This document shows, piece after piece, positions 48,955 through 59,123 of a DNA stretch of 64,000 nucleotides. The stretch is from a virus (taxonomy: Duplodnaviria > Heunggongvirae > Uroviricota > Caudoviricetes). The translations under genes were made by a program, and so were the position numbers. The stretch's first letter is position 1, and every line of letters begins with the position of its first letter. Where the stretch lies: the IMG/VR virus record IMGVR_UViG_3300028583_002208; one strand, given 5' to 3'. The notes under the pieces were generated by a model. It ran no database searches and was not told the DNA's origin. It saw only the letters and a program-made list of their open reading frames with translations.

Positions 48955-49438
48955 TATTTCTTCCTCTTCGAATATTCTTTATGTAAGTGTCAACTTTTGT
49001 TTTAATAAGAACATCCATTTTCTTTATGTGAGGTGCAAATCGTGAATTGATCAAACATGTCCACACTAATATTTCAAAGAATAATACATTCCAAAATACA
49101 TAAGTTTCTTGGTAATAAATGTAGAATTCATGAAGTGGTATCCAATACCCAACAAAGTTAACGAAGAAGGATATACAAGACACTACAGCTAACATAACAC
49201 CTATTCTTGATCCAATTATCAACACTGAGAAAAAGAACACCAGTGCCTCGAAGAACATCACAGCTTCATAGTAAGTACAATTATACTCTGTCATAAAGTA
49301 AAGAGGAACAGTTTCACTTAAGAAACTCATGAAGAGGCAACTAACTGTAGATATAAAGTCCTTAATGTGTTCTTGAGCAAAAATCAAAACAAAGAATACA
49401 ACCTCATAATACCCTACGTGGAAAGTTGCCTCTTCCAT
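48947..49438 (-). CDS. Multi-pass membrane protein
   Basis: 163 aa with at least four hydrophobic helices. Confidence 0.4.
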   Translation of the reverse strand: MEEATFHVGYYEVVFFVLIFAQEHIKDFISTVSCLFMSFLSETVPLYFMTEYNCTYYEAVMFFEALVFFFSVLIIGSRIGVMLAVVSCISFFVNFVGYWIPLHEFYIYYQETYVFWNVLFFEILVWTCLINSRFAPHIKKMDVLIKTKVDTYIKNIRRGRNND

Positions 49439-49513
49439 TATTTATCTTTCTTCTTAGTCTTTTCTCGTGGAGTTTTAGGCTGTGTCTTAGGTGGCTTTAA
49501 TTTAGTAGGCATT

Positions 49514-49912
49514 CTAGTTCCCTTGATTTTCTAGACGTTTTTCTATGTTTACCAATGCATTGTTTGTAACAGCTACATCAGTGGAGAGTTTATTAACTGT
49601 GCTTAGGATTATGTCAAGTTTATGATCGTATTCTCTACGGCCTTCGTTAACACTTCTACGATCTTCTGCTTGCTGATAAAGTGCATTTTCAATCGTCACT
49701 AACAACTTTTCATAACGAGCATCCATTTCCTGCTGGACATTCTCCTTATGATTTTTTATGATAGTGTCAGTTTCTTTCTTTGTGTAAGTGTTGTCTAGCT
49801 TTTCTTTATCCTTTCGGACATAATGAATCAAGCCGCCCCACATTACAGTGAAGATTGCACAAACAATGTAGAAGAGGTATTTGAATCCGATCAAAGCTGC
49901 TTCTGGACTCAT
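49514..49912 (-). CDS. Membrane-anchored coiled-coil protein
   Basis: N-terminal TM 'FKYLFYIVCAIFTVMWGGLI', then a charged helical domain. Confidence 0.4.
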   Translation of the reverse strand: MSPEAALIGFKYLFYIVCAIFTVMWGGLIHYVRKDKEKLDNTYTKKETDTIIKNHKENVQQEMDARYEKLLVTIENALYQQAEDRRSVNEGRREYDHKLDIILSTVNKLSTDVAVTNNALVNIEKRLENQGN

Positions 49913-49951
49913 TTATCTTTTCCTTAAAAGGTTGTTTTGTGGTAGGATACG

Positions 49952-49980
49952 GGATTGTATCCATAAGATACATTATAACA
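49952..49980 (-). promoter_or_regulatory. sigma70-like promoter for the leftward block
   Basis: Minus: TTGTAA (plus 49975-49980), 17-nt spacer, TATAAT (plus 49952-49957). Confidence 0.45.
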
Positions 49981-49986
49981 GAATAT

Positions 49987-50015
49987 AATTATTTTTACAA
50001 TCACACTTGACAACA
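49987..50015 (+). promoter_or_regulatory. sigma70-like promoter for the rightward block
   Basis: TTGACA 49987-49992, 17-nt spacer, tgTAAATT 50008-50015. RBS GGAGGGAG precedes the ATG at 50076. Confidence 0.45.
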
Positions 50016-50075
50016 AGGTAATCTTTGTGTAAATTGTACAGCACATTATGAAAATGTTTAATTAGGAGGGAGATT

Positions 50076-50381
50076 ATGATAAGAAAGAATAAGGCATTTT
50101 TAAGTAATACTCATGGTGAAGGTGGAAGTATTAATTGGTACATAGCCACAGGTAATTGTATTGATGAGGATTTTAATATATTTTCAAATATAGTAGAAGG
50201 GGAGTTGAAACTATCAGATTGTTATAGAACAATAACCTTGGACTTTGATTGCGAGAATACAAACCAGCTTGATAAACGTATTATTAAAGTTCAAACACTT
50301 ATTGATAATCTTTTAGAAATGAAGCAAGGTTTACTTGAGGCTAGAGAGAGTATCAATACGAAGAATAAATTTTATTACTAA
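50076..50381 (+). CDS. hypothetical protein
   Basis: 101 aa; the first gene of the rightward block. Confidence 0.45.
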   Translation: MIRKNKAFLSNTHGEGGSINWYIATGNCIDEDFNIFSNIVEGELKLSDCYRTITLDFDCENTNQLDKRIIKVQTLIDNLLEMKQGLLEARESINTKNKFYY

Positions 50382-50392
50382 AGGAGAATACA

Positions 50393-50686
50393 ATGAATAA
50401 GACAACTAAGGCACAATTGGAATACAATTCACGTAAAGTGGGTTATGGTTGGGCATATGTCGGTGGTGCCTTGTTAGGAGGTTTATACTTACACTATGCG
50501 ATCATTAAGGAATGGGATTTCTTTTTAGCAGGGATTGCCGTTTTGGTGGCGAGTTTTTATCAACCAATTTTCATTTGGGTACATTTGATCTTTGTGTTAG
50601 GCGGGGTGTTCCATACAAAATGGTTAATTGATCAGCAGAATAAGAAGATCATGAAGGATTGTGAGGATGTTTTTGGGGAGGAGTGA
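50393..50686 (+). CDS. Small membrane protein
   Basis: 97 aa with two TM helices. Confidence 0.4.
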   Translation: MNKTTKAQLEYNSRKVGYGWAYVGGALLGGLYLHYAIIKEWDFFLAGIAVLVASFYQPIFIWVHLIFVLGGVFHTKWLIDQQNKKIMKDCEDVFGEE

Positions 50687-50937
50687 TGAGTAGGTATGGA
50701 ACTAGGACAGTACCCTATAAACATAACACATCCTTTCATCAATACATTTATTGTAGGGGTGGTAGACACTTGTTATGGAGTTATGATCCTTCTAAGATAA
50801 CCGTGTTGGATACAAGGAACCCAACTGGAATACACGATCATGGTTGTCAGATGGGTGACTTTGATGAAAGTGTTTTAGATGAGGTTGAGGTTTATTGCCC
50901 TCATAGGTATATTTATCCTAGAGTTAGGGGTAGGTAG
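50683..50937 (+). CDS. hypothetical protein
   Basis: 84 aa; overlaps the upstream stop. Confidence 0.35.
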   Translation: MMSRYGTRTVPYKHNTSFHQYIYCRGGRHLLWSYDPSKITVLDTRNPTGIHDHGCQMGDFDESVLDEVEVYCPHRYIYPRVRGR

Positions 50938-50961
50938 TGTAGGATATTTATACCAAGTTTG

Positions 50962-50990
50962 TTGACATATACTAAGTTTCTTGGTATAAT
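50962..50990 (+). promoter_or_regulatory. Consensus sigma70 promoter flanked by an inverted repeat (candidate operator)
   Basis: TTGACA 50962-50967, 17-nt spacer, TATAAT 50985-50990. The inverted repeat accaag (50952-50957) / cttggt (50979-50984) brackets the -35 and spacer. Confidence 0.55.
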
Positions 50991-51010
50991 AGAGTTAAAT
51001 AGGAGAATGT

Positions 51011-51253
51011 ATGAGTATCAAAACGCAACTTTGCAATATAGTTATAACTTTGAAAAAGGATAAAAATCTAACATATGACCAGATATTAGACAAAGGTGAA
51101 GGAGCATTTCACAGGTCACAATTAGTATCTATTTTAAAAAGAGATGGTACATCTGTGAGTGTTAATGTGATAGAAGATGTTATAAAATGTTTAGGGGGTA
51201 ATTTGTCTATTATTTGCTCAACCGATCCGACCTTCGAGAATTTCAGAGAGTAA
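51011..51253 (+). CDS. XRE/Cro-type HTH transcriptional regulator
   Basis: 'LTYDQILDKGEGAFHRSQLVSILKRDGTSVSVNVIEDVIKCLGGNLSI' fits the HTH_XRE pattern. Confidence 0.5.
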   Translation: MSIKTQLCNIVITLKKDKNLTYDQILDKGEGAFHRSQLVSILKRDGTSVSVNVIEDVIKCLGGNLSIICSTDPTFENFRE

Positions 51254-51490
51254 GGTAAAGCCTTATAGGGTACGGCCTGTAGAGGGATTTTATAAGTTTA
51301 AATTCCCTCTTAGCGAACCATATGATACTCTATCTATAATTACATAGGATTATTACTATGCTTAAACTTATAATACCTCGTCCCTTATTGGAGTATATCG
51401 ATAGGTGTAGAGGTTATAGATCTAGACCTAGTTTTATACTAGCATGTGTGAATTACATTATGATTAACAATATAAACCTAAATAACGAAG

Positions 51491-52771
51491 GTGAATGTAA
51501 TGATGAACTTAAAAGAACTCTCAATAGAGGAGAGAACATTAATAACGATAGGGTGTGACCCATTCTATATAGGATTTACCCAAGACAATAAACTTAAACC
51601 CGTGCATAATGAATTGAGTAAATATTTCCCCAGTAACCACAAAAAAGAGTTGTGGGTTTTTATAACTGCTGCAGTAAGTCCTATAAAAAATAATTTATCT
51701 GGTAGTATATTCTCTATGAGAAAGGAGGACTACACAAAAGCCAATAAATTAAATAACAGTAAGATTAGTTACGTAAAGTGTAAGCGTATAATTGATAAAC
51801 TTGATGAATTAGGTTACATAACTTTTTACAAGGGTTTTTATGACCACAGTGAAAGTTTAAGTTTAAAAAGTTGTTTTATTATCAACGATAAATTAAGACT
51901 TTTGTTTGATAGAATTAATATAGAGAAAGTAGGTAGACCTTTACCTATAGAAACTTATGTAGAATTAAAAGATTCTAAAACAAAGGAAATAATAACAGAA
52001 CTCAGCAAACTTAAAGGTATTAAAAATAAAAGGGAATTAGTAAAGAAGTATAATGAGATGCTTTTGAAATTTGATATAAGGTGTAAGTCTCATCGGGTTT
52101 CTGCTGTATATAAAAGAGTGTTTACTGATCTACTTGATCTGCATGGTCGTTGGTATAGCCACGGTTCTTTCCAAACAACCAGCTCTTTACTAAGACCTTT
52201 TATAACGATAAATGGAGTTAAGACTACAGAAGTAGATTTCAGGCAAATGCACCCTAGAATATTAATGGAGTTAGATGGTATTAAAAAACCTATGACTTGG
52301 GAACCATATACCGATATTTCAGACATCACAGGAGGTTGTAAAAAGGAGTCAAGAACATTAAGCAAGTTTGCTCTTATGTGTCTACTTAATTGTGAGACTA
52401 CAAGTAAGGCTAAGTCGGCTTTATTTAAATATTTCTGTGATGATAAAAATAAGGAAAATAAGGTAATACCAAGTTTAAAGTTACCTAAGGGTTCTGTAAA
52501 TACAATATTTGAAAGACTCCTTGAGAAGAATAAAGAAATATCTCATTGGTTTGGGAAAGATAAGCTATGGGCTGTGTTGCAGCACTACGATTCTGAAATT
52601 GCATCTTTCATTATTGATAAGTTTATAAAACTTGGTAAATGTATACTTCCTTGGCATGACAGTTTTGTGGTGCAGGTGGGTGATAGAGATTTACTGATTA
52701 ATATTATGAGAGAAGCATGGGAAAGTGTTTTAGGTAAACGAGATAATTGTTTTTACGATATTGAATTTTAA
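51491..52771 (+). CDS. Large hypothetical protein (candidate replication-initiation or defence/anti-defence factor)
   Basis: 426 aa and K-rich, with His/Trp-containing blocks ('GRWYSHGSFQ', 'ILPWHDSFVVQ'). No confident family assignment. Confidence 0.45.
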   Translation: MNVMMNLKELSIEERTLITIGCDPFYIGFTQDNKLKPVHNELSKYFPSNHKKELWVFITAAVSPIKNNLSGSIFSMRKEDYTKANKLNNSKISYVKCKRIIDKLDELGYITFYKGFYDHSESLSLKSCFIINDKLRLLFDRINIEKVGRPLPIETYVELKDSKTKEIITELSKLKGIKNKRELVKKYNEMLLKFDIRCKSHRVSAVYKRVFTDLLDLHGRWYSHGSFQTTSSLLRPFITINGVKTTEVDFRQMHPRILMELDGIKKPMTWEPYTDISDITGGCKKESRTLSKFALMCLLNCETTSKAKSALFKYFCDDKNKENKVIPSLKLPKGSVNTIFERLLEKNKEISHWFGKDKLWAVLQHYDSEIASFIIDKFIKLGKCILPWHDSFVVQVGDRDLLINIMREAWESVLGKRDNCFYDIEF

Positions 52772-52792
52772 TAAGAAGAGAGGAAAATAAAA

Positions 52793-53740
52793 ATGAAATT
52801 AAAGAGTTTAGAAGGTGAAACTGTAATTTTTAGAGCTAAAATAGAAAGGATCTATCTAATTAAAAGCACATCTAGCAAAAATTACCCAAATAGATGGGCT
52901 GCCACATTGACAAATTTACGTTGTAAAGGTCAGCCAGTAAAACTAAACTGCCGTAATATGGAATTAGATGTAACTAAGCATTATCACAATCTACTTAAAG
53001 GAGATGTAATAAAGTTCAAGAGTAAGGTATCTTTAAATGTTGATAATAGATTTAAAAATGTAAACAAGATTGAAATAGTAAAGTCCCCTCTTGTAGATAA
53101 AATAGGTAACGATTACTTTGAAACTTTATCGGAGGTTTGTGATAAGGTATCTACAAGGAAGAATGGAGATAAGTTAAATACAAAAATAAATAAAGAAGAT
53201 GTTTTTCCTCTTATAGTTAAGAGTAATAGAGAGAATGGTACAGTATATACATTCACGTACTTACTTGAGAATATAAAAATAGTAGGCTGGGGTTATAAGA
53301 CATTATACAAGGAAATGTTATTTAAAAGTAAACCCGAGATGTATTTTGTATACCAATTAAAAAGAGGTGAAGATATTGTTTATGTAGGATCTAGCAAAGG
53401 ATTAGGTAGTAGGCTAACCTCTCATAAGAAAGATAAAGATTTTGACCAAGTTCTTATCTGTTTGTGTAAGGATGAAGAAGATATGTTGATTCTTGAAAAC
53501 GGAAAAATACAAGAACTTCAACCAGAATATAACAAAAGTATAAACCTTAAGTTAGCTCGTATCTATAAAGAAAGCCCAGATCACATTTTTGAGAGCTTAG
53601 AAGACCACACTCTTGATTTTATCCCTTCTATACCTCTTCACAAAGAATTTGGATTTAATAATGAAGGTTATTGGTATGAAGTTCCGTTAGGTTTGTTCAT
53701 AAGAAAAGAATTATGCCCTCTATCTTGGAAACCTACATAA
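52793..53740 (+). CDS. GIY-YIG nuclease-domain protein with an unknown ~180-aa N-terminal domain
   Basis: Residues ~185-250, 'MYFVYQLKRGEDIVYVGSSKGLGSRLTSHKK...ENGKIQELQPEYN', contain the GIY...YVG, R, H and E...N elements of the GIY-YIG fold. Confidence 0.55.
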   Translation: MKLKSLEGETVIFRAKIERIYLIKSTSSKNYPNRWAATLTNLRCKGQPVKLNCRNMELDVTKHYHNLLKGDVIKFKSKVSLNVDNRFKNVNKIEIVKSPLVDKIGNDYFETLSEVCDKVSTRKNGDKLNTKINKEDVFPLIVKSNRENGTVYTFTYLLENIKIVGWGYKTLYKEMLFKSKPEMYFVYQLKRGEDIVYVGSSKGLGSRLTSHKKDKDFDQVLICLCKDEEDMLILENGKIQELQPEYNKSINLKLARIYKESPDHIFESLEDHTLDFIPSIPLHKEFGFNNEGYWYEVPLGLFIRKELCPLSWKPT

Positions 53741-55225
53741 ATTAAACTGTAAAATTAAATAGGAGAAACCATGAAAGCATTAAAAGGGAACCTAGCAAAA
53801 ATAATACTATCTGATGAAAAGGGTAAAATTGCTATGAAAGAGTTTATTGCAAGCGGAGAATCTTCTGCAATAATAACTTTATCAAATAGTAAATCTTATC
53901 GAGTTTTTAATAAATAAATAGGAGAATATTATGAGGAAACAAACTATTCATACGGTTAACGGCAGTAAGATAAAATTATGGCACCCAAATAAAAACTCAG
54001 AAGGATACTCTATATCGTTTGCAAGTGGGGGTTGGATGTGTGGATTGTATGCAACCGTAGAAGCAGCGCTACTTGGTGCAAGCTATGATCTGGAGTGTAG
54101 TGAAGATTTTTATGAAATGCAGGAGAGGGTCAATTCTGTTTATAAAGAGAACAGATTAATAATTATTGAAGATATCATGAACCTTCCTTAAAATAACCCT
54201 TGACACAACACAAAACCTTCCGTAGAATCACCTCTATTGAAGGTTTTCTCGTTTCTGGGGAAGCTAATTATGAGGAGAAATATTATGAATAAAGATATGA
54301 ACGGTCACCCATTATCAGAATACCAAGTGGTAGTTGATCCATACGGAAACCTTCTTACAGTGGAAACCTTCCTGCCAAGTGGTAATGTTAAATGCCGTAA
54401 TGGTTGTGTATTTATCAACTGGGAGCCAGAACGGTTGAAACGTGTTAATTATACAGAGGACTTATTATGAAACTTATTAGACTATTCCAACAAGATGATT
54501 GTGCTCCAGATTCTTTGGAACATTTTGAAAGTAAACTTTATGAAGAAGTCGGTGTTTCTTTGAAAGGTTTTAAAGATCAAGGGGAATTTACTTGTGGACT
54601 TAACTTTATGGATTGGGTACTTGATGGTTATGTGTTGTCTGTTTCAGCAGAAGATCCTTTCTACCTTTTACAAAAGGAACATATAACATGAAACAAGATT
54701 CAATTATCAAAAATAAACCCCTTTTAACGCAATCTCGATTGTTTTTAGAAGTATCAGGTGTCATCGGAAAGGTGGCTGCTTTAGAAGAGCTTACACTTGC
54801 TTACAGAGAGTATAAGTATTGGAAGGATAAAGAAGATTTTGACTGGAGTGTAACACTTCTAGACTCTTTCATTTGGGAGGGAACACCTCAAGGTTTTGAA
54901 TACTGGGATAAGATTCGTACTGAGATAGTTAGAAGGGCACCTTTCTAATGGACGATTACATTTACAAGGATAACGGAGTTTTCACCCGAACAGTGGAATC
55001 CATTCACAGAACACGTTTGGAAAAAGACGAATGTGCCTTGAAGGATTACATTTTCGAAAATTACAAACTTTCAGAAGAAGATATTATACTTTTCTTCCAA
55101 AGGTTTAATAATGTGAGGTTGAAGTTTTTGTAAAAATTTGAATTCCCTTGTGGAAATACACAGTACGTAGATAAACTTAAAGGTGCAGTGGTTATTGTGT
55201 GCCAAGGGGATTACGTTTATGAATA

Positions 55226-55765
55226 TTGGAGGGAGGAAGGATGACGTTCCACGAACATATAAAACTTAGGGGTGGTGGATTCTGCAAACAAAGGGTAAAC
55301 TGTTTTGTAGATAGTGAAAATCAAATAATCACCTTTCCTTTGTGGACAACCAACGGTAAACTAGTAGGTTATCAGAGGTATGATTGGAGAGCTGATAAAT
55401 TAAGGAGTAACTCTACCAAAGGTAAATATTACACTTACCGTGATAAGAATATACTTTCCTGTTGGGGTGTTGATTGTAACGATTTAACTTCAACAGAAGA
55501 TTTATTTGTTGTGGAAGGGGTTTGGGATGCGATAAGTGTTATTAATACAGGTAGACGATGTGTAGCAGTGTTATCTAATAACCCACAAAACCTCAAAGTT
55601 TGGTTCAGAACACTACCTTGTAAAACTATTGCATTGTGCGATGGAGATAAAGCAGGTAAAATGTTATCTAAAGTTTGTGATAAATCTATAATTCTACCAG
55701 AAGGTGTAGATTGTAATGATATGACGTTGACAGTATTAGATAATTATTTAAAGGAGAATTTATGA
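55226..55765 (+). CDS. Toprim-domain protein (DnaG-primase-like catalytic core)
   Basis: 'LFVVEGVWDAISV' (E and D), 'AVLSNNPQ' and 'IALCDGDKAG' (DxD) are Toprim motifs. Confidence 0.55.
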   Translation: MEGGRMTFHEHIKLRGGGFCKQRVNCFVDSENQIITFPLWTTNGKLVGYQRYDWRADKLRSNSTKGKYYTYRDKNILSCWGVDCNDLTSTEDLFVVEGVWDAISVINTGRRCVAVLSNNPQNLKVWFRTLPCKTIALCDGDKAGKMLSKVCDKSIILPEGVDCNDMTLTVLDNYLKENL

Positions 55766-56241
55766 AACCAGTACAAGTGTTCAGCATAAATAAAGATGAT
55801 GCTCAAGTATATCCAATGGTTACTGATATCGAATATGCGGATATGAGTTTCCTAGGAAGAGAGCCTTACGTTTTACAACACGGAGATAAAGTCTTTTTAG
55901 AAGATTATATCAATTATACGAGGACTCCTGTTATCGAATTTCATGATTGTGGAAGTGATATTTCATCCTATGTAAACTTTACTCCTGATTTGGATAAGTT
56001 TGTAAATGTTCTTTTGGAACAGAAAGCAACTTCCGTAGAATTTGAAATTTCCTCTCACTATCAGAAGAGACTTTCTGAATTAAGTAAACAACTTAACAAA
56101 GTTATTTTTGAAAAGGAAACACTTGTTGAGAAGGATTATCAACGTAGACAAAGTGATATTAAACAAATGAATAATGATGTTAAACTAGTGGGATGGTTGT
56201 TGGCAGGTGTTATTACCTTAGCAGGAGTGTTATTTTTATGA
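55762..56241 (+). CDS. C-terminally membrane-anchored hypothetical protein
   Basis: 159 aa, ending with TM 'LVGWLLAGVITLAGVLFL'. Confidence 0.4.
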   Translation: MKPVQVFSINKDDAQVYPMVTDIEYADMSFLGREPYVLQHGDKVFLEDYINYTRTPVIEFHDCGSDISSYVNFTPDLDKFVNVLLEQKATSVEFEISSHYQKRLSELSKQLNKVIFEKETLVEKDYQRRQSDIKQMNNDVKLVGWLLAGVITLAGVLFL

Positions 56242-56275
56242 AAGTGAGAGATGATATTATTAAAGAGGAGAAAAC

Positions 56276-56992
56276 ATGATAGAAGTATTTGATTTTGAGG
56301 CAACAGGATTAGGTGATCCGAAAGCAACTCAAATTGGTAAATGTCGATTGGATAAGAAATACCAACTTATCAAAAGTACATGTAAAAGTAGTTACATCAA
56401 TCCAGAAAAGGATATCACATGGGGTGCAATGGGAATCACAGGTATCACAAATGAAATGGTGGCAAATAAACCTACTATTGATAAAGTGTTACCTAAGTTT
56501 AAAATCCACCCTTCAACAAAATATGTAGTTTGCCACAATATGTCATTTGATGAAAAGTTCTTTCCAGAAGGGTTTATTCCTGATGATGTGAAATTGTTAT
56601 GCACTTTGAAACTAGCGAGGAAACTTATACCCAAAGGTGAATCTGGTGATCATAAAAACACCACTTTATTTTATTATCTGAGTTGCCACAAAGACCCTTT
56701 TGGCAAGGAGTTTATTGAGAAGGCGCACGATTCTTTGTCAGATGTTTTGATGACAGCTAACGTATTGGTTGCCATGTTGGAAAAGTATAATCTCACTATT
56801 GACGAAGCGTATACACTTATTGCACCAAAGGTTAATAATATTGAAGTGTGTGATTTCAACAAGTATAAAGACCAAGGTAAGAAGTGGGTTGATTTGGTGC
56901 AGGAGGATCTTTCTTATGTACAATGGTTACTTGCCAATGTGAAATGGAATGATGAAAAGGAGCAAGCATTTGTTGAAAGCTTGATTAATTAA
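56276..56992 (+). CDS. DnaQ-like DEDDh 3'-5' exonuclease
   Basis: Exo I 'IEVFDFEATGL', Exo II 'VVCHNMSFDEKF', Exo III 'AHDSLSDVLMTANV'. Confidence 0.75.
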   Translation: MIEVFDFEATGLGDPKATQIGKCRLDKKYQLIKSTCKSSYINPEKDITWGAMGITGITNEMVANKPTIDKVLPKFKIHPSTKYVVCHNMSFDEKFFPEGFIPDDVKLLCTLKLARKLIPKGESGDHKNTTLFYYLSCHKDPFGKEFIEKAHDSLSDVLMTANVLVAMLEKYNLTIDEAYTLIAPKVNNIEVCDFNKYKDQGKKWVDLVQEDLSYVQWLLANVKWNDEKEQAFVESLIN

Positions 56993-57013
56993 ATATAGTT
57001 TAACTAAGGATAG

Positions 57014-57041
57014 TTGACAACATTTCAAATTAGTGTATACT
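57014..57041 (+). promoter_or_regulatory. sigma70-like promoter upstream of the tRNA pair
   Basis: TTGACA 57014-57019, 16-nt spacer, tgTATACT 57034-57041. Confidence 0.45.
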
Positions 57042-57250
57042 TAATCGTATAAGGTGAATTGTGCAGCAGGATTTGACTTTGCACCTAAATTCATCACAAT
57101 GTAACTAACATCGGTTACTTCTGTAAAAGGGAGTGGATTTGGTTACATGGAGAATACCTTAGGAACCGTTGTCTTTATTGGCATCAGGTGTCTTTATGCA
57201 AGAGTTAACCCGACTTGCACAAGTTTCGCTGCTTGGATAGGGTTATTTTC

Positions 57251-57327
57251 GGGACATTAGCTCAATTGGACAGAGCAAGGTGTTTCTACCGCCTAGGTTG
57301 CAGATTCGAGTTCTGCATGTCCCACCA
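57251..57327 (+). tRNA. tRNA-Arg (anticodon UCU), CCA encoded
   Basis: Manual cloverleaf: acceptor gggacat/atgtccc, D-arm gctc-aattggaca-gagc, anticodon arm aggtg-ttTCTac-cgcct, T-arm gcaga-ttcgagt-tctgc, discriminator A, then CCA. Confidence 0.8.
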
Positions 57328-57331
57328 CATT

Positions 57332-57406
57332 GCGAGATTAGTTTAATTGGTAAAATAGTAGCCTTCCAAGCTTCAGTCATGGGATCGTAACCCATATCTC
57401 GCTCCA
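57332..57406 (+). tRNA. tRNA-Gly (anticodon UCC), CCA encoded; slightly non-canonical
   Basis: Acceptor gcgagat/atctcgc (7 bp). D-arm gttt/aaat. Anticodon arm gtagc-ctTCCaa-gcttc with one U-U mismatch. T-arm atggg-atcgtaa-cccat. Discriminator U, then CCA. Confidence 0.6.
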
Positions 57407-57408
57407 AT

Positions 57409-57438
57409 TTGACACACACTTAAACAAAGTGTTATAAT
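57409..57438 (+). promoter_or_regulatory. Extended -10 sigma70 promoter for the packaging-region genes
   Basis: TTGACA 57409-57414, then TGtTATAAT 57430-57438. Confidence 0.5.
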
Positions 57439-57582
57439 ACTCATACAAACAGAGATACATTAATAAAGATTTCATAATACTATTTTCATAATAGACCTCC
57501 TCAAGAGCCTTGTGCTCTTTATTAATATATTTTACAATAATAAGAGCTGTTTTAACAGCCTTCCAAATTCAAGAGGTATTCC

Positions 57583-57864
57583 ATGTGTAGATGTGTAAGC
57601 TGCAACAAAGAATTACCACGCACCAGACAATTCAAGAAAATAGTAGTCCCACATAAAACTAATCCGAATAAAGTCACTAAGATCACATTAGATGGTAGCA
57701 ATGGTAATTATCCGATCGTAGAAGAAGATATGTGCTCACGTTGTCAATCTTCAACAGGTAGCGATTATTCTGAGTATGAAGGTATTCATGAAAGTGAGTA
57801 TGATTTGATGGAAGAGATTGCTACTTTGATTGAAGTGAATATTGATAGAAGTGTAGATTACTAA
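57583..57864 (+). CDS. Zinc-ribbon protein
   Basis: 'CRCVSCNK...' and 'CSRCQS' form two CxxC pairs. Confidence 0.45.
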   Translation: MCRCVSCNKELPRTRQFKKIVVPHKTNPNKVTKITLDGSNGNYPIVEEDMCSRCQSSTGSDYSEYEGIHESEYDLMEEIATLIEVNIDRSVDY

Positions 57865-57876
57865 AAGGAAATCCTT

Positions 57877-58386
57877 ATGGCAGATGATAAAACCAACAAA
57901 GGTGGTGCTCCTTTATTAGAAGATCAAATGAAGAATGCTCATCAGATAGCTTATGTACGTGTACAAAAACGTATGGCAAAACTTTCTGGTAAGAGTATGG
58001 ACATTTTAGAAAGACTTGTTTTAGATATTGATGAAAGTACTGATCCTGCTAACATAGGTAAGGCTAATATTGTACAAGTACAGAATCCTAATTTTGATGC
58101 ATCTAAGAAACCTTCTAAAGATAATCCTATGTTCCTAAATGAATATGTTCCAGCATATAATCCAACTAAGTACAAAGAGAACACACAGTTAACAGTGGTA
58201 TCTAAAGTGTTGGATAATAATAATGCTTTTGAAAAGGAACAGAAAGCTTTAGCAGAGGCAGAGCGTAAACTTAAACTTGCTCAAGAGAAAGCTAATTCTA
58301 ACCTTGAGGAAGAAGAAATTGATGAAGAGTTTGCCCCTTATTTAGATATTCAATTTGATAATGATGAACCTTCTTCTGTAAACTGA
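57877..58386 (+). CDS. Candidate small terminase subunit (by position and size only)
   Basis: 169 aa: basic/helical N-terminus, acidic C-terminus. It is in the same rightward unit upstream of terL, with a terminator after it. Confidence 0.3.
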   Translation: MADDKTNKGGAPLLEDQMKNAHQIAYVRVQKRMAKLSGKSMDILERLVLDIDESTDPANIGKANIVQVQNPNFDASKKPSKDNPMFLNEYVPAYNPTKYKENTQLTVVSKVLDNNNAFEKEQKALAEAERKLKLAQEKANSNLEEEEIDEEFAPYLDIQFDNDEPSSVN

Positions 58387-58510
58387 TTACATTTATAAAA
58401 ATTTCCCTACTATATTAAAATAATAATTCTAAAAACTTTTCATAAAAAGAAGACTTCCAAGTCTCTCCTCGTACCATTCCACATGGTGCATCCCTTTTAA
58501 GGGAACCCTC

Positions 58511-58547
58511 AAGCCCCAGTCGCCTCTCCTCGGCTGGGGCTTTTTCT
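58511..58547 (+). terminator. Rho-independent terminator
   Basis: aagccccagtcg...cggctggggctt, then TTTTTC. Confidence 0.6.
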
Positions 58548-58621
58548 TGCCTAAAATTTGACATACTTTAATAATAGGAATATAATCCTCACAATTAGAT
58601 GTCTAAGAGAGCGACAGAGCA

Positions 58622-59047
58622 ATGAACAAACTTAACGAGTATGATTACACCACTTACTGTGAAATAACGTTCCACACGCCTCAATATAACGGTATTCCTC
58701 ATTATATTTATTCAAGGCAAGGGAATTTATTAGCCGAGATATGTCCTGAAGGTAAGCTTACTATTTACAGAGGGTATAGTTGGAATGTTTGGAGATGTAT
58801 TGGAGAAGAGGAGATCACTGTTCATGGCGAAAGTGTGATGTATTTGCCAAGTTTAGTGTTAGACGTTTTACGCCAAATGTATAGACATTCTCACGGATTG
58901 GACGGTTATGATAAGATCACCATTCACAAATATTATAAACAACTTATGAAAGAGTGTGGACTTTGTAAAGGAAAAACTTTTATAAATTATTCTTTTGTGA
59001 GAATAGCTGCTTTTTGGCGTAAGGTGAGTTGCAAGTGGAGGTGTTGA
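58622..59047 (+). CDS. hypothetical protein
   Basis: 141 aa, Cys/Trp-rich. Confidence 0.4.
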   Translation: MNKLNEYDYTTYCEITFHTPQYNGIPHYIYSRQGNLLAEICPEGKLTIYRGYSWNVWRCIGEEEITVHGESVMYLPSLVLDVLRQMYRHSHGLDGYDKITIHKYYKQLMKECGLCKGKTFINYSFVRIAAFWRKVSCKWRC

Positions 59048-59123
59048 CTTTGTTGGGATGGTGTGGTAGTATTGGGTAAATGATGATAGTTTTTAATAAT
59101 GTTAATTTTATGGGGAGAGGAAT

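Noticed and set aside
57050-57250. Possible third tRNA or tRNA-like element upstream of tRNA-Arg
   Set aside because: No 7-bp acceptor pairing, T-loop or anticodon-arm geometry could be assembled by eye. It is treated as a transcribed leader.
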